From: an uncultured delta proteobacterium
GTDB lineage: Bacteria; Myxococcota; Myxococcia; Myxococcales; Myxococcaceae
DNA: 64,000 nucleotides
Reading direction: 5' to 3'
Assembly: GCA_963796055.1 (NCBI GenBank)
Contig: CAWCKH010000001.1
Location: 128,001-192,000 of the forward strand
Shown: in pieces, positions 28,562 through 37,618 of the stretch
Numbering within the stretch: the first letter of the stretch is position 1
Layout of the letters: the number at the start of each line of letters is the position of its first letter
Notes under the pieces: model-generated
What the model saw: only the letters and a program-made list of their open reading frames with translations
Told to the model about the DNA's origin: nothing
Database searches by the model: none
Position numbers and translations under genes: made by a program

Positions 28562-30290
28562 CTAGAAAACCAGGTGCCGGCCCTTCTGCCGGCGGGTGTA
28601 GATGCTGAGCGTGGCCGTCACCTCGCCGACGCCCATGTTCCCGGAGTCGCCGATGCCGGAGGCGCCGAACTCCTCCCACTCCAGCGCCGAGTCGGTGCCG
28701 TCGTTCTCCTTCAGCATCCCGCCGATGGTGCGCCGGGCGAGCTGGAGCTTCCGGTCGTCCCGGGTCCAGACGCTGGTTGCGAGAATCATGGCTGTTCTCG
28801 AAGAGGCAGAAGCGCACGTAGGACGTGAAGTCCGGCAGCTCCATCCCCACCAGGATGGGCATGAAGAACTCGGTCGTCGCCAGGCGGACCTCCTGCATCC
28901 CCTTGCCGTCCCAGTTCACCCGCACCGTGCTCTCCGGGCGGATCTTGAGGAGGGCCGGCTTCACCGCCTCGGAGTTCTGCCCGTAGGCGCCGTCGGCCCG
29001 GCCGCCCTCCCGGATGACCGTCACCCCCGGCGTCTTCCTCGCCTCGGCGACGATGTCCACCAGGGTCTGGGCCTTGTGGACCATCAGCGGGCTCAGGACC
29101 TTGTCGTCGGTGGCCTCGCGGGGGTCGGCCACCCGCCAGCTGTTCATCTCCTCGTTGATGAACCCGAGCAGGGTGTCCAGCGTCTTGCCCGAGGCGGCGA
29201 TGCCGTGGAGCGAGGTGCACTTGTGCGCCCCGAAGCCGCAGACGGAGTAGGCGAGCCGGACGGCGATCTTCCGCAGCTCCTCGGCGCTGTAGCCGTCGTC
29301 GACGTAGCACCAGTTGCAGCCGCCGCCCTCGAACCGCAGGCGGTTCAGCCCGCGGCCCTGCTGGATCTTGCTCGCCGTCTCCGAGGAACCGGTCACCGCC
29401 ACCACCGTCACCCGCTTGTCGGTGGCCAGCGAGGCGATGCCCTTGCCGAAGCCCTGAATACCTTGGACGTACGCCGGGTCGGCGCCGGCGGCGATCATCA
29501 TCCGGATCATCGTGGTGTTGCTGATCGCCGCGTAGGGGTGGCCCTTGAAGATGAACGGCACGCCGGCCAGGTACGCCCCCACCAGGTGGATGCCGGGGAT
29601 GCCCCAGATGAAGTTCATCGGGCTGATGATCACCGACACCCCGGCCGGCACCCACGGGTTGCGCCAGTAGCTGTGGCCGGGGAGCATGGGCGGGAGCAGC
29701 TCGCCCTGCAGCGCCGCCTCGGCCGACCCCTCCAGGTGGTCCGCGGCCCGCTTGGCCTCGAAGAAGTCCTTCTGCGCCTCGAGCCGGGTCTTGGGGATCT
29801 GCTGGCGGATCTCCCGCATGCAGTCCTCGCTGAAGTAGTCCATCATCCGGCTGAAGTTCTTGAGGACCGTCTTGCGGTAGGTGAAGACGTCGTCCGCCCA
29901 GGACAGCGACTTCCAGGTGCGGTCGGCGGCGGCCACCGCGCGGTCGACGTCCTCCTCGGTCGAGGCGGGCACCTCCATCAGGGGGATGCGCCTGTCGGCG
30001 TGGTTCCGGAGGAGGGCCAGCTCCCCCTTGGCCGGAAGCCGCCACTCGCCATCGATGAAGTTGGTGACCCGGACCGGGGCGTCGGTGCTCCGCTGGGGCA
30101 GCTCGCGGTAGCAGAAGAGGTACGGCTTGAGGAGCTCCAGCTCCTTGTCGGTGAGGAGGTTGGTGAAGAGCCCGTGCGCCTTGCGCCGCTCGGCGAAGAC
30201 CGCGGCCAGCGGGTCCTTCCCCAGCTGCCCGCGGGCGTTGAACGACTGGATCTCCTCGGCGAGACGGGGGAAGCCAGAGAGCGTGGACAT
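28562..30290 (-). CDS. Aldehyde dehydrogenase family protein, frameshifted near the C-terminus (~28785)
   Basis: NFIDGEW, IISPMNF, VTGS, FEGGG, catalytic HKCTS, EFFMP. Removing one T from CATGATTCTC joins ENSHD to LATSVWTRD...EFGASG (ORF 28562-28789). Confidence 0.88.
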
Positions 30291-30351
30291 GGTGACTGCG
30301 CTCTAGCGCCGCCCGCGCCGGCCTTCAACCCACGCCGCCGCGCTCACTTTG

Positions 30352-30631
30352 CTGACTGCGGCCGCCCTGACCTCGCCGACTGCAGCCCGCCGGACGTCAC
30401 CCTGACGCGGACCTCGACTGCGGCCGCCCTGACCGATCTGACTGCGGCCGCCCTGACCTCGCCGACTGCAGCCCGCCGGACGTCACCCTGACGCGGACCT
30501 CGACTGCGGCCGCCCTGACCGATCTGACTGCGGCCGCCCTGACCTCGCCGACTGCAGCCCGCCGGACGTCACCCTGACGCGGACCTCGACTGCGGCCGCC
30601 CTGACCGATCTGACTGCGGCCGCCCTGACCT
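30352..30631 (+). repeat. Tandem array of an 86-bp unit (3 identical copies + partial fourth)
   Basis: Units start at 30352, 30438, 30524 and 30610. The 19-bp core GACTGCGGCCGCCCTGACC occurs 7 times. Confidence 0.95.
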
Positions 30632-32039
30632 AGACAGGCTCGGGAAACTCGCGGGGCCGGGTGCCGAACCGCGTCCGGATGGTGGCGCCCAGGGAGATGA
30701 AGACGCCGGCCGCCAGGACCAGCTTGCCGAGCACCGGGATGAGCTGGAGGATCAGCAGGACCAGGATGCCCAGGGCCAGCACCGCGGCCTGGGTCTTCCG
30801 GCTGCTGCGGAGCACCGGCAGCCGGGTCCCCACCTCGGAGGCGAGCGCCGAGTAGCCCATGGCGATGCCCACCGCGGTCATTACGATCAGCACCAGGGTG
30901 AAGGGGATGCCGATGACGATGATGGTGAGCAGCACTGCCAGAGCGGAGATGGCCAGCGCGCCGAGCAGGCCGGTGAGGGCGCAGCGGAGCGGGTCCCGTC
31001 GGATCTCCGACTCCAGCTGCTTCATCGGCCTGGGGGCGAACATGATGAAGACGAAGCCCAGGGCGAAGTAGACCGCGAACTGGATCAGCAGCCAGAAGAT
31101 GGACGACCCCGAGTGCTTCTCGGACGCGTGGGCCTTCTTGTCGCTCGTGCCGATTGCTCCCACTCCGCCGGACCTTCCGCCGAAGGAGAGCGTCTGGCCG
31201 TGGACCTTCGCCCCCGGCTCGCGCTCGATGCTGCCGCCGAACGCCACCGCGTCGCCGCCCACCACCGCGTGGGGACCGAGGTGCACGTTTCCTCCGAAGG
31301 AAACGGCGTCGTTCCGCACGTGGCCCTTGATGAGGAGACTGCCGCCGTAGGCCACGGCGTCGTCGACCTCCTGGTCCTCCTCGACCCTGACGTTGCCCGT
31401 GCCCACCGTCTGCCGGTCCGAGCCACCGGCGCGGGGGTGAAACTTGAGCATGTCCTTCAGGTCCTTGAGGTCCTTGAGGTCACGCAGATCCTTGAGCGGC
31501 CCGAGCTTGTCCTGGAGGTCCGAGGGCGGGGTGGCGTTCTCCGCCTCGGCGTCCTCGTCCTGGTCCTCCTGGTCGGCCTCATCCTCCTCGTCGCCGTCCT
31601 CGTCGGCGCTGGCCGAGGGGTGCCCGGGGTGGCTGCTGCCAATCCTGGGCATCGAGGGCATGGGTGGCACCGGGGGGAGGGGCGGGACTGGGGGAATCGG
31701 CGCCACCAGCTTCGGCGGCGGCGAGCCTTCCTGGTGGGGCCGCAGGGTATAGATGTTGCCCCGCTTCTCGAGCGAGAGGCTGTAGGCGCGGGCGAGCGTC
31801 TCCAGCGCCTCGTCGGCGGGGACGTTCTGGAAAAAGACCTCGGCGTCCTCGTCCAGGTCGCCCCGGACCACGACGCTCAGCTTGCCCTCGCTGGCGATGC
31901 GCTCGGCGACCTCGCGCAGCGACCCGTGGGTCTTGAGGGTGATGCGGGCCGCCGGTTCCCGGGAGGGGGTGCCCGGGGGAGCTCCAGCGAGTGCGAGGAG
32001 CGGCAGCAGGGCCGCGGCGAGTGCAGCGACGCGCGTCAC
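30630..32039 (-). CDS. Membrane protein: signal peptide, STN-like domain, Pro/acidic linker, beta-helix (bactofilin-like) repeats, C-terminal TM bundle
   Basis: GSLREVAERIA...ALETLARAYSLSLEKRGNIYTL; three DAV(A/S)(Y/F)GG repeats; 4-5 TM helices; third gene of the ECF operon. Confidence 0.75.
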   Translation of the reverse strand: MTRVAALAAALLPLLALAGAPPGTPSREPAARITLKTHGSLREVAERIASEGKLSVVVRGDLDEDAEVFFQNVPADEALETLARAYSLSLEKRGNIYTLRPHQEGSPPPKLVAPIPPVPPLPPVPPMPSMPRIGSSHPGHPSASADEDGDEEDEADQEDQDEDAEAENATPPSDLQDKLGPLKDLRDLKDLKDLKDMLKFHPRAGGSDRQTVGTGNVRVEEDQEVDDAVAYGGSLLIKGHVRNDAVSFGGNVHLGPHAVVGGDAVAFGGSIEREPGAKVHGQTLSFGGRSGGVGAIGTSDKKAHASEKHSGSSIFWLLIQFAVYFALGFVFIMFAPRPMKQLESEIRRDPLRCALTGLLGALAISALAVLLTIIVIGIPFTLVLIVMTAVGIAMGYSALASEVGTRLPVLRSSRKTQAAVLALGILVLLILQLIPVLGKLVLAAGVFISLGATIRTRFGTRPREFPEPV

Positions 32040-32539
32040 GGCCTGCCCTGCGCCTCCACCACGCGATGCGCGGCGAGACGGCGGACGCCCAGGGTCGAGA
32101 CGATGACCAGGCCGGCCATGGCCACCACCGTGGGCAGGGCGGCGGTGCTCCAGATGGCGGCCAGCGCCTCGGAGGCGCCGAAGAAGAGGTTCCGCCAGGT
32201 CACCACCGCCGAGGCGGCGTGGGTGCCGAGCAGCCCGAGGTTCCCGCGGGTGGCGACGAAGGCCAGGGTGGCGCCCATCAGGGTCACCGCGAGGATGGAC
32301 AGGCCGGTGCGCAGCTCCACGCGGGCCGGGGCGGGCTCGAGCGCCACGCGGGCCATGACCGACTGCACGAACTCCGGCGGCGGGAGCGGGTCCACCAGCC
32401 GGCCCAGGTCCTTCTCCAGCTGGCGGTGCTCCTCGGCGAGGACGGCGCAGTCCGGGCAGCTGCGGAGGTGGGCGAGGGCCTCGGCGTCGTACTCCGCCGC
32501 GGCGACCATCAGGGTCTCGAGCTCGGGGCAGCCGTTCAC
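32036..32539 (-). CDS. Zinc-binding anti-sigma factor (ZAS/zf-HC2) with TM helices
   Basis: HLRSCPDC (HxxxCxxC); overlaps the sigma factor stop; two hydrophobic segments. Confidence 0.85.
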   Translation of the reverse strand: MNGCPELETLMVAAAEYDAEALAHLRSCPDCAVLAEEHRQLEKDLGRLVDPLPPPEFVQSVMARVALEPAPARVELRTGLSILAVTLMGATLAFVATRGNLGLLGTHAASAVVTWRNLFFGASEALAAIWSTAALPTVVAMAGLVIVSTLGVRRLAAHRVVEAQGRP

Positions 32540-33156
32540 TGGGCGTCCTCCGTCTTCATCTGCCGGCGCAGCTTCTCACGCGCGCGGAACAGGCGGGCCA
32601 TGATGGTGCCCGGGGCCACCCCCATCACCTGGGCGATCTCCTTCGTGGTCCGCTTCTGCACGTAGTACAGCGCCAGGACCTCGCGGTCGTCCGTTCCCAG
32701 GGTGGCGAGCGCCGACTCGAGGCTCCGGTGCTCCTCGGCGGCGATGACGCCCTCCTCCTGGCTCTTCTCGCCGGAGGGGAGGGCCTCGTGCATCTCGTCC
32801 ACGTCCTGGGTGTGCACCCGGGAGCGGCGCCGCAGCAAGTCGAGGCAGAGGTTCCGGGCGATGGCCAGCACCCACAGGTCGAAGGGCTTCGACTCGTCGT
32901 ACCGGCCGAGGTGCTGGTAGGCGCGGAGGAAGGTCTCCTGTGCCACCTCGGCGGCCTCGGCCTCCGTCCGGAGCAGCCGCAGGCAAAGGCCGTAGACCGA
33001 GCGCTGGACGCTCCGGACGAGGGCCTCGAAAGCGGACCGGTCTCCGCGGCGCGCGGCGCGCACCTCGGCGCGGTACGGCACGGTTTCGGTCCGCTCGGCC
33101 AGGATCGACCCCAGCGCCGCCGGGGAGGAAAGCCACGAGGAGAGCAGGGTGGTCAC
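32536..33156 (-). CDS. ECF RNA polymerase sigma factor
   Basis: GDRSAFEALV, AQETFLRAY, WVLAIARNLCLDLLR, EIAQVMGVAPGTIMARLFRAR. Start codon uncertain. Confidence 0.93.
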   Translation of the reverse strand: MTTLLSSWLSSPAALGSILAERTETVPYRAEVRAARRGDRSAFEALVRSVQRSVYGLCLRLLRTEAEAAEVAQETFLRAYQHLGRYDESKPFDLWVLAIARNLCLDLLRRRSRVHTQDVDEMHEALPSGEKSQEEGVIAAEEHRSLESALATLGTDDREVLALYYVQKRTTKEIAQVMGVAPGTIMARLFRAREKLRRQMKTEDAQ

Positions 33157-33164
33157 GCCAACCC

Positions 33165-33191
33165 ATACGCCCGTACTCCCTGGGCGATTGC
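33165..33191 (-). promoter_or_regulatory. Candidate ECF autoregulatory promoter
   Basis: Minus strand GCAATC-N16-CGTAT, 8 nt before the GTG; resembles the ECF -35 (AAC-like) / -10 (CGT) layout. Confidence 0.4.
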
Positions 33192-33258
33192 CCCCGCCCG
33201 TGAACATTGGGCGGCATGGTCCGGACCGGGGGCGGCCCCGTCCCGGAGGTAGGGCACT

Positions 33259-34743
33259 CTACCGCAGCTTCTGACGTGCCCGGGCAGCCGCTTTCGCCTC
33301 TTTTCGGGCCTTTGCGCGCGCCCGGAAGCCGGTGTGTTCCGCACCGGCGCCGTTCACCGCACGGACCGGGCGCGGTCTCAGAGAGCTCGTCTTGCTGGCT
33401 TCCGGGTCCCCGCGCCCGGACTCGGGGCGCGGGCGACGGGCCGGGCGAGCTGCGGGAGCGTCCCCGGATCGCGGTCTCAGAGAACTCGTCTGGGGAGAAC
33501 CCGTCTGGGTGGTCTCGAGGGCGGGGCGGCCGCTCCCGGCACTCGCCCGGATCTCCTCCGGGGTGTCCTCCCGCGCGGTCCGGTGGAAGAGCCGCTTCAC
33601 CATCAGGGTGGCGTAGCTGCCGGGGGGGAGGGTGAACGCCACGTTCAGCTTGGCGTACCCCCGGTTGAGCTCGTCCGCCTGCGTCCGCCCGAGCACCAGC
33701 TTGCTCGGCTGCACCAGGACGTCCCGCTCCTCGTGCTTGAAGAACAACAGCCGCTCGGCCCCGGCGATGCGCAGCTGGTCGAGCCGGAGCTTCTCCTTGC
33801 CCAGCACCCATTCCACGGCCTCGCGCACCCGCGGATCCGTGATCGGGGTCTCCGGGCCGAGCAGGGGAAAAGTGAGGCTCCGCAGCCAGCGCAGGGTCTC
33901 GGGGTCGGCGTCCTGGTGGAAGAGCAGGGTGCCGGCCTGGTACCGCAGCGGGAACAGCGCGGTCCGGGGCAGCACCAGCTGCAGCAGGCGCCGGACGCCC
34001 TCGTTCCACAGCCAGCTCTGGTAGGTGAACAGCAGCAGCGCCCGGTACGCGGCGTCGATCTGGAGGAAGGCCCGGAGGTAGTCCTCGGGCTTCTCCCGGA
34101 GCGAGCGGATGACCCGGTCGTACCGGTGCGCGGCCTCGTACGGAACGCGGCGCGTCCAGTCGCCCCAGTTCGCCCGCCAGAACTCCTTCACCTTGGCGTC
34201 GTCGGAGCGGTCGAGCGGCGACGGCTTCGCCAGGTAGTTGCGAAGCGCGGCCTCGAAGTCGCCGCGGAGCAGGTCCTTGGCGATGTAGCCCTGGCCGTGC
34301 TTCAGCGACCCGAAGCGCTGGCTGTCGAAGTAGTTCACCACCCCCAGCCGGTTCACCTCTGCGGCGGCGCGGGGCAGCTCCGACAGGTCCTCCTCGGTCA
34401 GCGCCCGGACCGTGACGCTGAAGCGGTTGGAGGTGGTGTTCTCCGCCGACAGAGGCCGACCTGTGCGCCCCAGCGCCTTGAGCCGCAGGTCGGGCTCCTG
34501 GACGTCGACCTCCGCCCCGTCCACCGCGATGAGCTGCTCGGTCCGCCCCTGCTTGTCCTTCAGACCGCAGAAGCTGATCGCGCCGGGGCGGAGCCCGAAA
34601 CGGCTGCGGATGCGCTCCACCGCCTCGAAGGTGGACAGCTTCTGCTTGTCCATGAGGTAGACCCGGTACCGCCCGTCCGGGACCGGGTCGAAGCGGTAGG
34701 ACTCCCGGACGCTGAAGTCCTCGGGTCGTTGCTTGATGCGCAC
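33259..34743 (-). CDS. truD: tRNA pseudouridine(13) synthase TruD
   Basis: IKQRPEDFSVRE, catalytic GLKDKQGRTEQ, NRFSV, NYFDSQRFG, YQSWLWN, FTLPPGSYAT; basic low-complexity tail. Confidence 0.93.
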   Translation of the reverse strand: MRIKQRPEDFSVRESYRFDPVPDGRYRVYLMDKQKLSTFEAVERIRSRFGLRPGAISFCGLKDKQGRTEQLIAVDGAEVDVQEPDLRLKALGRTGRPLSAENTTSNRFSVTVRALTEEDLSELPRAAAEVNRLGVVNYFDSQRFGSLKHGQGYIAKDLLRGDFEAALRNYLAKPSPLDRSDDAKVKEFWRANWGDWTRRVPYEAAHRYDRVIRSLREKPEDYLRAFLQIDAAYRALLLFTYQSWLWNEGVRRLLQLVLPRTALFPLRYQAGTLLFHQDADPETLRWLRSLTFPLLGPETPITDPRVREAVEWVLGKEKLRLDQLRIAGAERLLFFKHEERDVLVQPSKLVLGRTQADELNRGYAKLNVAFTLPPGSYATLMVKRLFHRTAREDTPEEIRASAGSGRPALETTQTGSPQTSSLRPRSGDAPAARPARRPRPESGRGDPEASKTSSLRPRPVRAVNGAGAEHTGFRARAKARKEAKAAARARQKLR

Positions 34744-34777
34744 GGGGGAAAGGCTTGTAACATCGGCAGACGGTCCG

Positions 34778-36508
34778 ATGCTCAGCGCCTGTCCACGCTG
34801 TCGAACGCCGCTCGCCCAGCCCAACCCGCCGCGGTGTCCGGGGTGCGGCGAGTCGCTCTCGTCGAGCCAGGTGCCGTCGGTGCGCACCAGCCCTCGGGGT
34901 CCGTACCTCACCGGTCGGCTGCTGGACGGCAAGCTGAGCGAGTTCCCTCTCGGGTCCAGGACCACGCTCGGACGGCACCCGGCGAACACCCTGCGGCTCG
35001 CCGATCGCGAGGTCTCCAAGGAGCACGCCGCCATCGAGAAGGTGAGCAACGGCTACGTCCTCAAGGACCTTGGCAGCTCCAACGGGACCTACGTGAACGG
35101 CCGGCGGGTCCGCGAGCTGCGGCTCAAGGACGGCGACGAGATCGCGCTGGGGAACAGCCGGCTGGTCTTCCACTCCGGCGACGTGCTCACCAGCAGCGGG
35201 AGCCCGGGGGTGACGGTGCTCGCCTCGGCGCAGGCCGCCCCGGCGTTCCTCGCCCAGCTCGACCAGCCCGCGGTGGAGGAGACCGAGTTCCGCCCCGCCG
35301 AGCAGCTGAAGGACGCCGCCGCGCTCCGGCAGGACTACGAGAAGCTGCGCATCGCCCACGAGTTCCACCGGCAGGTGGGACTGGAGCGCGACCAGAAGAG
35401 CCTCCTGGACAAGATCCTCGCGGTCAGCTTCCAGCTGCTCGCCGCCGACCACGGGGTGATCTTCCTGGTCAACGATGCCGGGGAGCTGGTGGCCCAGGCG
35501 GTGAAACACCGGTCGGGCAGCGACGAGGAAGTGGTGCTCTCCGACACCGTGCTCAAGCGGGTGCTGGAGACGCGCCAGGCGGTGCTGACCGCCGATGCGA
35601 TCCTCGACAGCCGGTTCAGCGGCAGCGAGAGCATCGTCGCCCAGGGCATCCGCAGCGCCATGGCGGTGCCGTTGCTGGCCAAGGGCGAGCTCAAGGGCGT
35701 GCTCTTCCTGGACACCCGGGAGCGGACCAACGCCTTCAGCGAGAAGGACCTCAAGATCCTCTCCGGCATCGCCTCGCAGGCGGCGATCGCCCTGGAGAAC
35801 GCCGACCTGGCGCAGAAGATCGAGACCGAGGCGGTGACCCGGGCCGAGCTGTCGCGGTTCCTGTCCCCGGCAGTCGCGGAGATGGTGGTGAAGGGCCAGG
35901 TGGAGCTGCTCCGGCAGGGTCGGCTCGCCGAGGTGAGCGTGCTCTTCGCCGACATCCGCGGCTTCACCTCCATCGCCGAGGGGGAGAGTCCTCAGGAGAC
36001 GGTGTCGATGCTGAACGCGTTCTTCTCCGCGATGGCCGACGTGGTGTTCCGGCACGAGGGGAACCTGGACAAGTTCATCGGCGACTGCGTGATGGCGGTG
36101 TGGGGCCCACCCTCGCCGCACCCGGACGACCCGGCGCGGGCGCTCCGGGCGGCGCTGGAGATGCAGGCGGCGGTCGAGGCGCTGAACGAGGCCCGCGAGG
36201 CGAACGGGCAGACCCGCATCGAGATCGGCATCGGGGTGAACACCGGCCAGGCGGTGGTCGGGTACATGGGCTCGGCGGACCGCCACGAGTTCACCGCCAT
36301 CGGCGACTGCGTGAACACCGCCTCCCGGCTGTGCAACGTGGCCAAGGGCAACGAGGTGCTGGCCGCGGACACCACGGTGTCCAAGGCCGGGCCCGGGTTC
36401 CACGTCGAGGCGCTCCCCCTGGCGCACGTGAGGGGCAAGGAGCGGGCGGTGCAGACCTTCCGGGTGATGGGTCTCGAGGAGCCGACCTCCACCGGCACCA
36501 CCGGGTAG
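34778..36508 (+). CDS. Class III adenylate cyclase with N-terminal Cys4 ribbon, FHA and GAF domains
   Basis: CPRC...CPGC; canonical FHA (LGR, VSKEHA, SSNGT); GAF; LFADIRGFT, DKFIGDCVM, FTAIGDCVNTASRL. Confidence 0.93.
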   Translation: MLSACPRCRTPLAQPNPPRCPGCGESLSSSQVPSVRTSPRGPYLTGRLLDGKLSEFPLGSRTTLGRHPANTLRLADREVSKEHAAIEKVSNGYVLKDLGSSNGTYVNGRRVRELRLKDGDEIALGNSRLVFHSGDVLTSSGSPGVTVLASAQAAPAFLAQLDQPAVEETEFRPAEQLKDAAALRQDYEKLRIAHEFHRQVGLERDQKSLLDKILAVSFQLLAADHGVIFLVNDAGELVAQAVKHRSGSDEEVVLSDTVLKRVLETRQAVLTADAILDSRFSGSESIVAQGIRSAMAVPLLAKGELKGVLFLDTRERTNAFSEKDLKILSGIASQAAIALENADLAQKIETEAVTRAELSRFLSPAVAEMVVKGQVELLRQGRLAEVSVLFADIRGFTSIAEGESPQETVSMLNAFFSAMADVVFRHEGNLDKFIGDCVMAVWGPPSPHPDDPARALRAALEMQAAVEALNEAREANGQTRIEIGIGVNTGQAVVGYMGSADRHEFTAIGDCVNTASRLCNVAKGNEVLAADTTVSKAGPGFHVEALPLAHVRGKERAVQTFRVMGLEEPTSTGTTG

Positions 36509-36596
36509 ACCCGTCTCCGTTCCAACATTTGCGGGCGGGGCTCTGTCGTTTTTTCAGCCCCGGCCGCGGATCCGCGCCGCCTCCGCCTGGAGTCGA

Positions 36597-36611
36597 TGGC
36601 ACGCGGGTTGC
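36597..36611 (+). promoter_or_regulatory. Sigma54 -24/-12 promoter
   Basis: TGGCACG-CGGG-TTGC, an exact match to TGGCACG-N4-TTGC, intergenic and upstream of the gene at 36628. Confidence 0.7.
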
Positions 36612-36627
36612 GACGCTCGGGGGCGTC

Positions 36628-37539
36628 GTGACCGAGCTCGCGGGCCTCGACATCCAGACCATCCTCGCTCCTGCACTGGGGCTGGGAGCGTCCGGCGCCC
36701 TGCTGGCAGTGCGGGGCACCGCGGTCCAGCGGCACGTGCCGACCATCGCTCCACCGGTCGCCCCGATGCCGGTCCTCGCGGGGCTGCTCCTGGGCGGCGT
36801 CCTGGCCTTCGCCTTCGCCGCGGCGACGCCGGCAGGCTGGGTTCTCCGGTGGGCCCTCGGCGTGGCCGCCGGCGGCGGGTGCATCGCTGCCGGGTGGACC
36901 GCGGGGCAGCTGTGGAGACACGCCGAGCTGCTCCGGTTCGCCCACCCCTGCACCGTGGACGAGGCGATCAACCTTCCGGCGTGGGAGCGCGACGGGCGCT
37001 GGCTGCTCCTCGACGGGCGCCTCGGCTCCAGCGGCGCGGTGACCTCTCCCGGCGGCGTGGTCTGCGCGTTCTTCGACGCCGAGCTGCGGCTCATCGGACC
37101 CCGCGGCGAGCCCGGGCGCGTCGTCGCCCGCGAGCGCGCAGCGAGCTTGCCGCTCGAGCTCCGCGGACTGCGGAAGAGCGTCGGTCTCCGGTACTCGTCC
37201 ACCCGAGCCGCAGCGCCGGTCTGTATTCGCCGCGTGCTCGTGCCGATCGAGCGCGAGCGGGGCGAGGTCCCGGCCGAGGGCGAGCAGCCCCTGGTCGAGG
37301 TGCTGTCCTGGGAGTCGGTGGGGAAGCTCGGGGCCCGGGCGCTCGCCCTGGGCAAGCTCGAGCGCGACCGCGGCGGCGGCTGGCGCCTGGTGGGCATCGC
37401 CGGCGGCGCGGCACCGGTCGTCCTTCCCACCGAGAAGGAGTCGGCCGCCGCGGCCTGGCGGAGCGAGGCCTGGCGCTGGTCTGGCGTCGCGGTGCCGCTC
37501 GCCGTGCTCGCCGCGCTGTGCGTCGGACGCTCGGTGTGA
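36628..37539 (+). CDS. Hypothetical membrane protein
   Basis: Distal part of ORF 33334-37539: N-terminal TM helices, soluble beta-rich middle, C-terminal TM. Alternative start at ATG 36766. Confidence 0.65.
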   Translation: MTELAGLDIQTILAPALGLGASGALLAVRGTAVQRHVPTIAPPVAPMPVLAGLLLGGVLAFAFAAATPAGWVLRWALGVAAGGGCIAAGWTAGQLWRHAELLRFAHPCTVDEAINLPAWERDGRWLLLDGRLGSSGAVTSPGGVVCAFFDAELRLIGPRGEPGRVVARERAASLPLELRGLRKSVGLRYSSTRAAAPVCIRRVLVPIERERGEVPAEGEQPLVEVLSWESVGKLGARALALGKLERDRGGGWRLVGIAGGAAPVVLPTEKESAAAAWRSEAWRWSGVAVPLAVLAALCVGRSV

Positions 37540-37618
37540 CGGTCTCGCTGCGTCCTCCGGGACGGCCACTGCAGCATGGTGGCGCAACCGGGGCCCGGCG
37601 GGGGTTCCTCGAGGGTGC

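Noticed and set aside
30352..30631. CRISPR or guide-RNA array
   Set aside because: The segments between cores are identical in all units (no unique spacers), and no cas or other nuclease gene is nearby.
32576..37539. Very long ORFs 32576-36427 (-) and 33334-37539 (+), and similar shadows such as 18958-22785, 6082-8739 and 41414-44107
   Set aside because: Antisense or off-frame products of high GC content that overlap well-supported genes and lack recognisable motifs.
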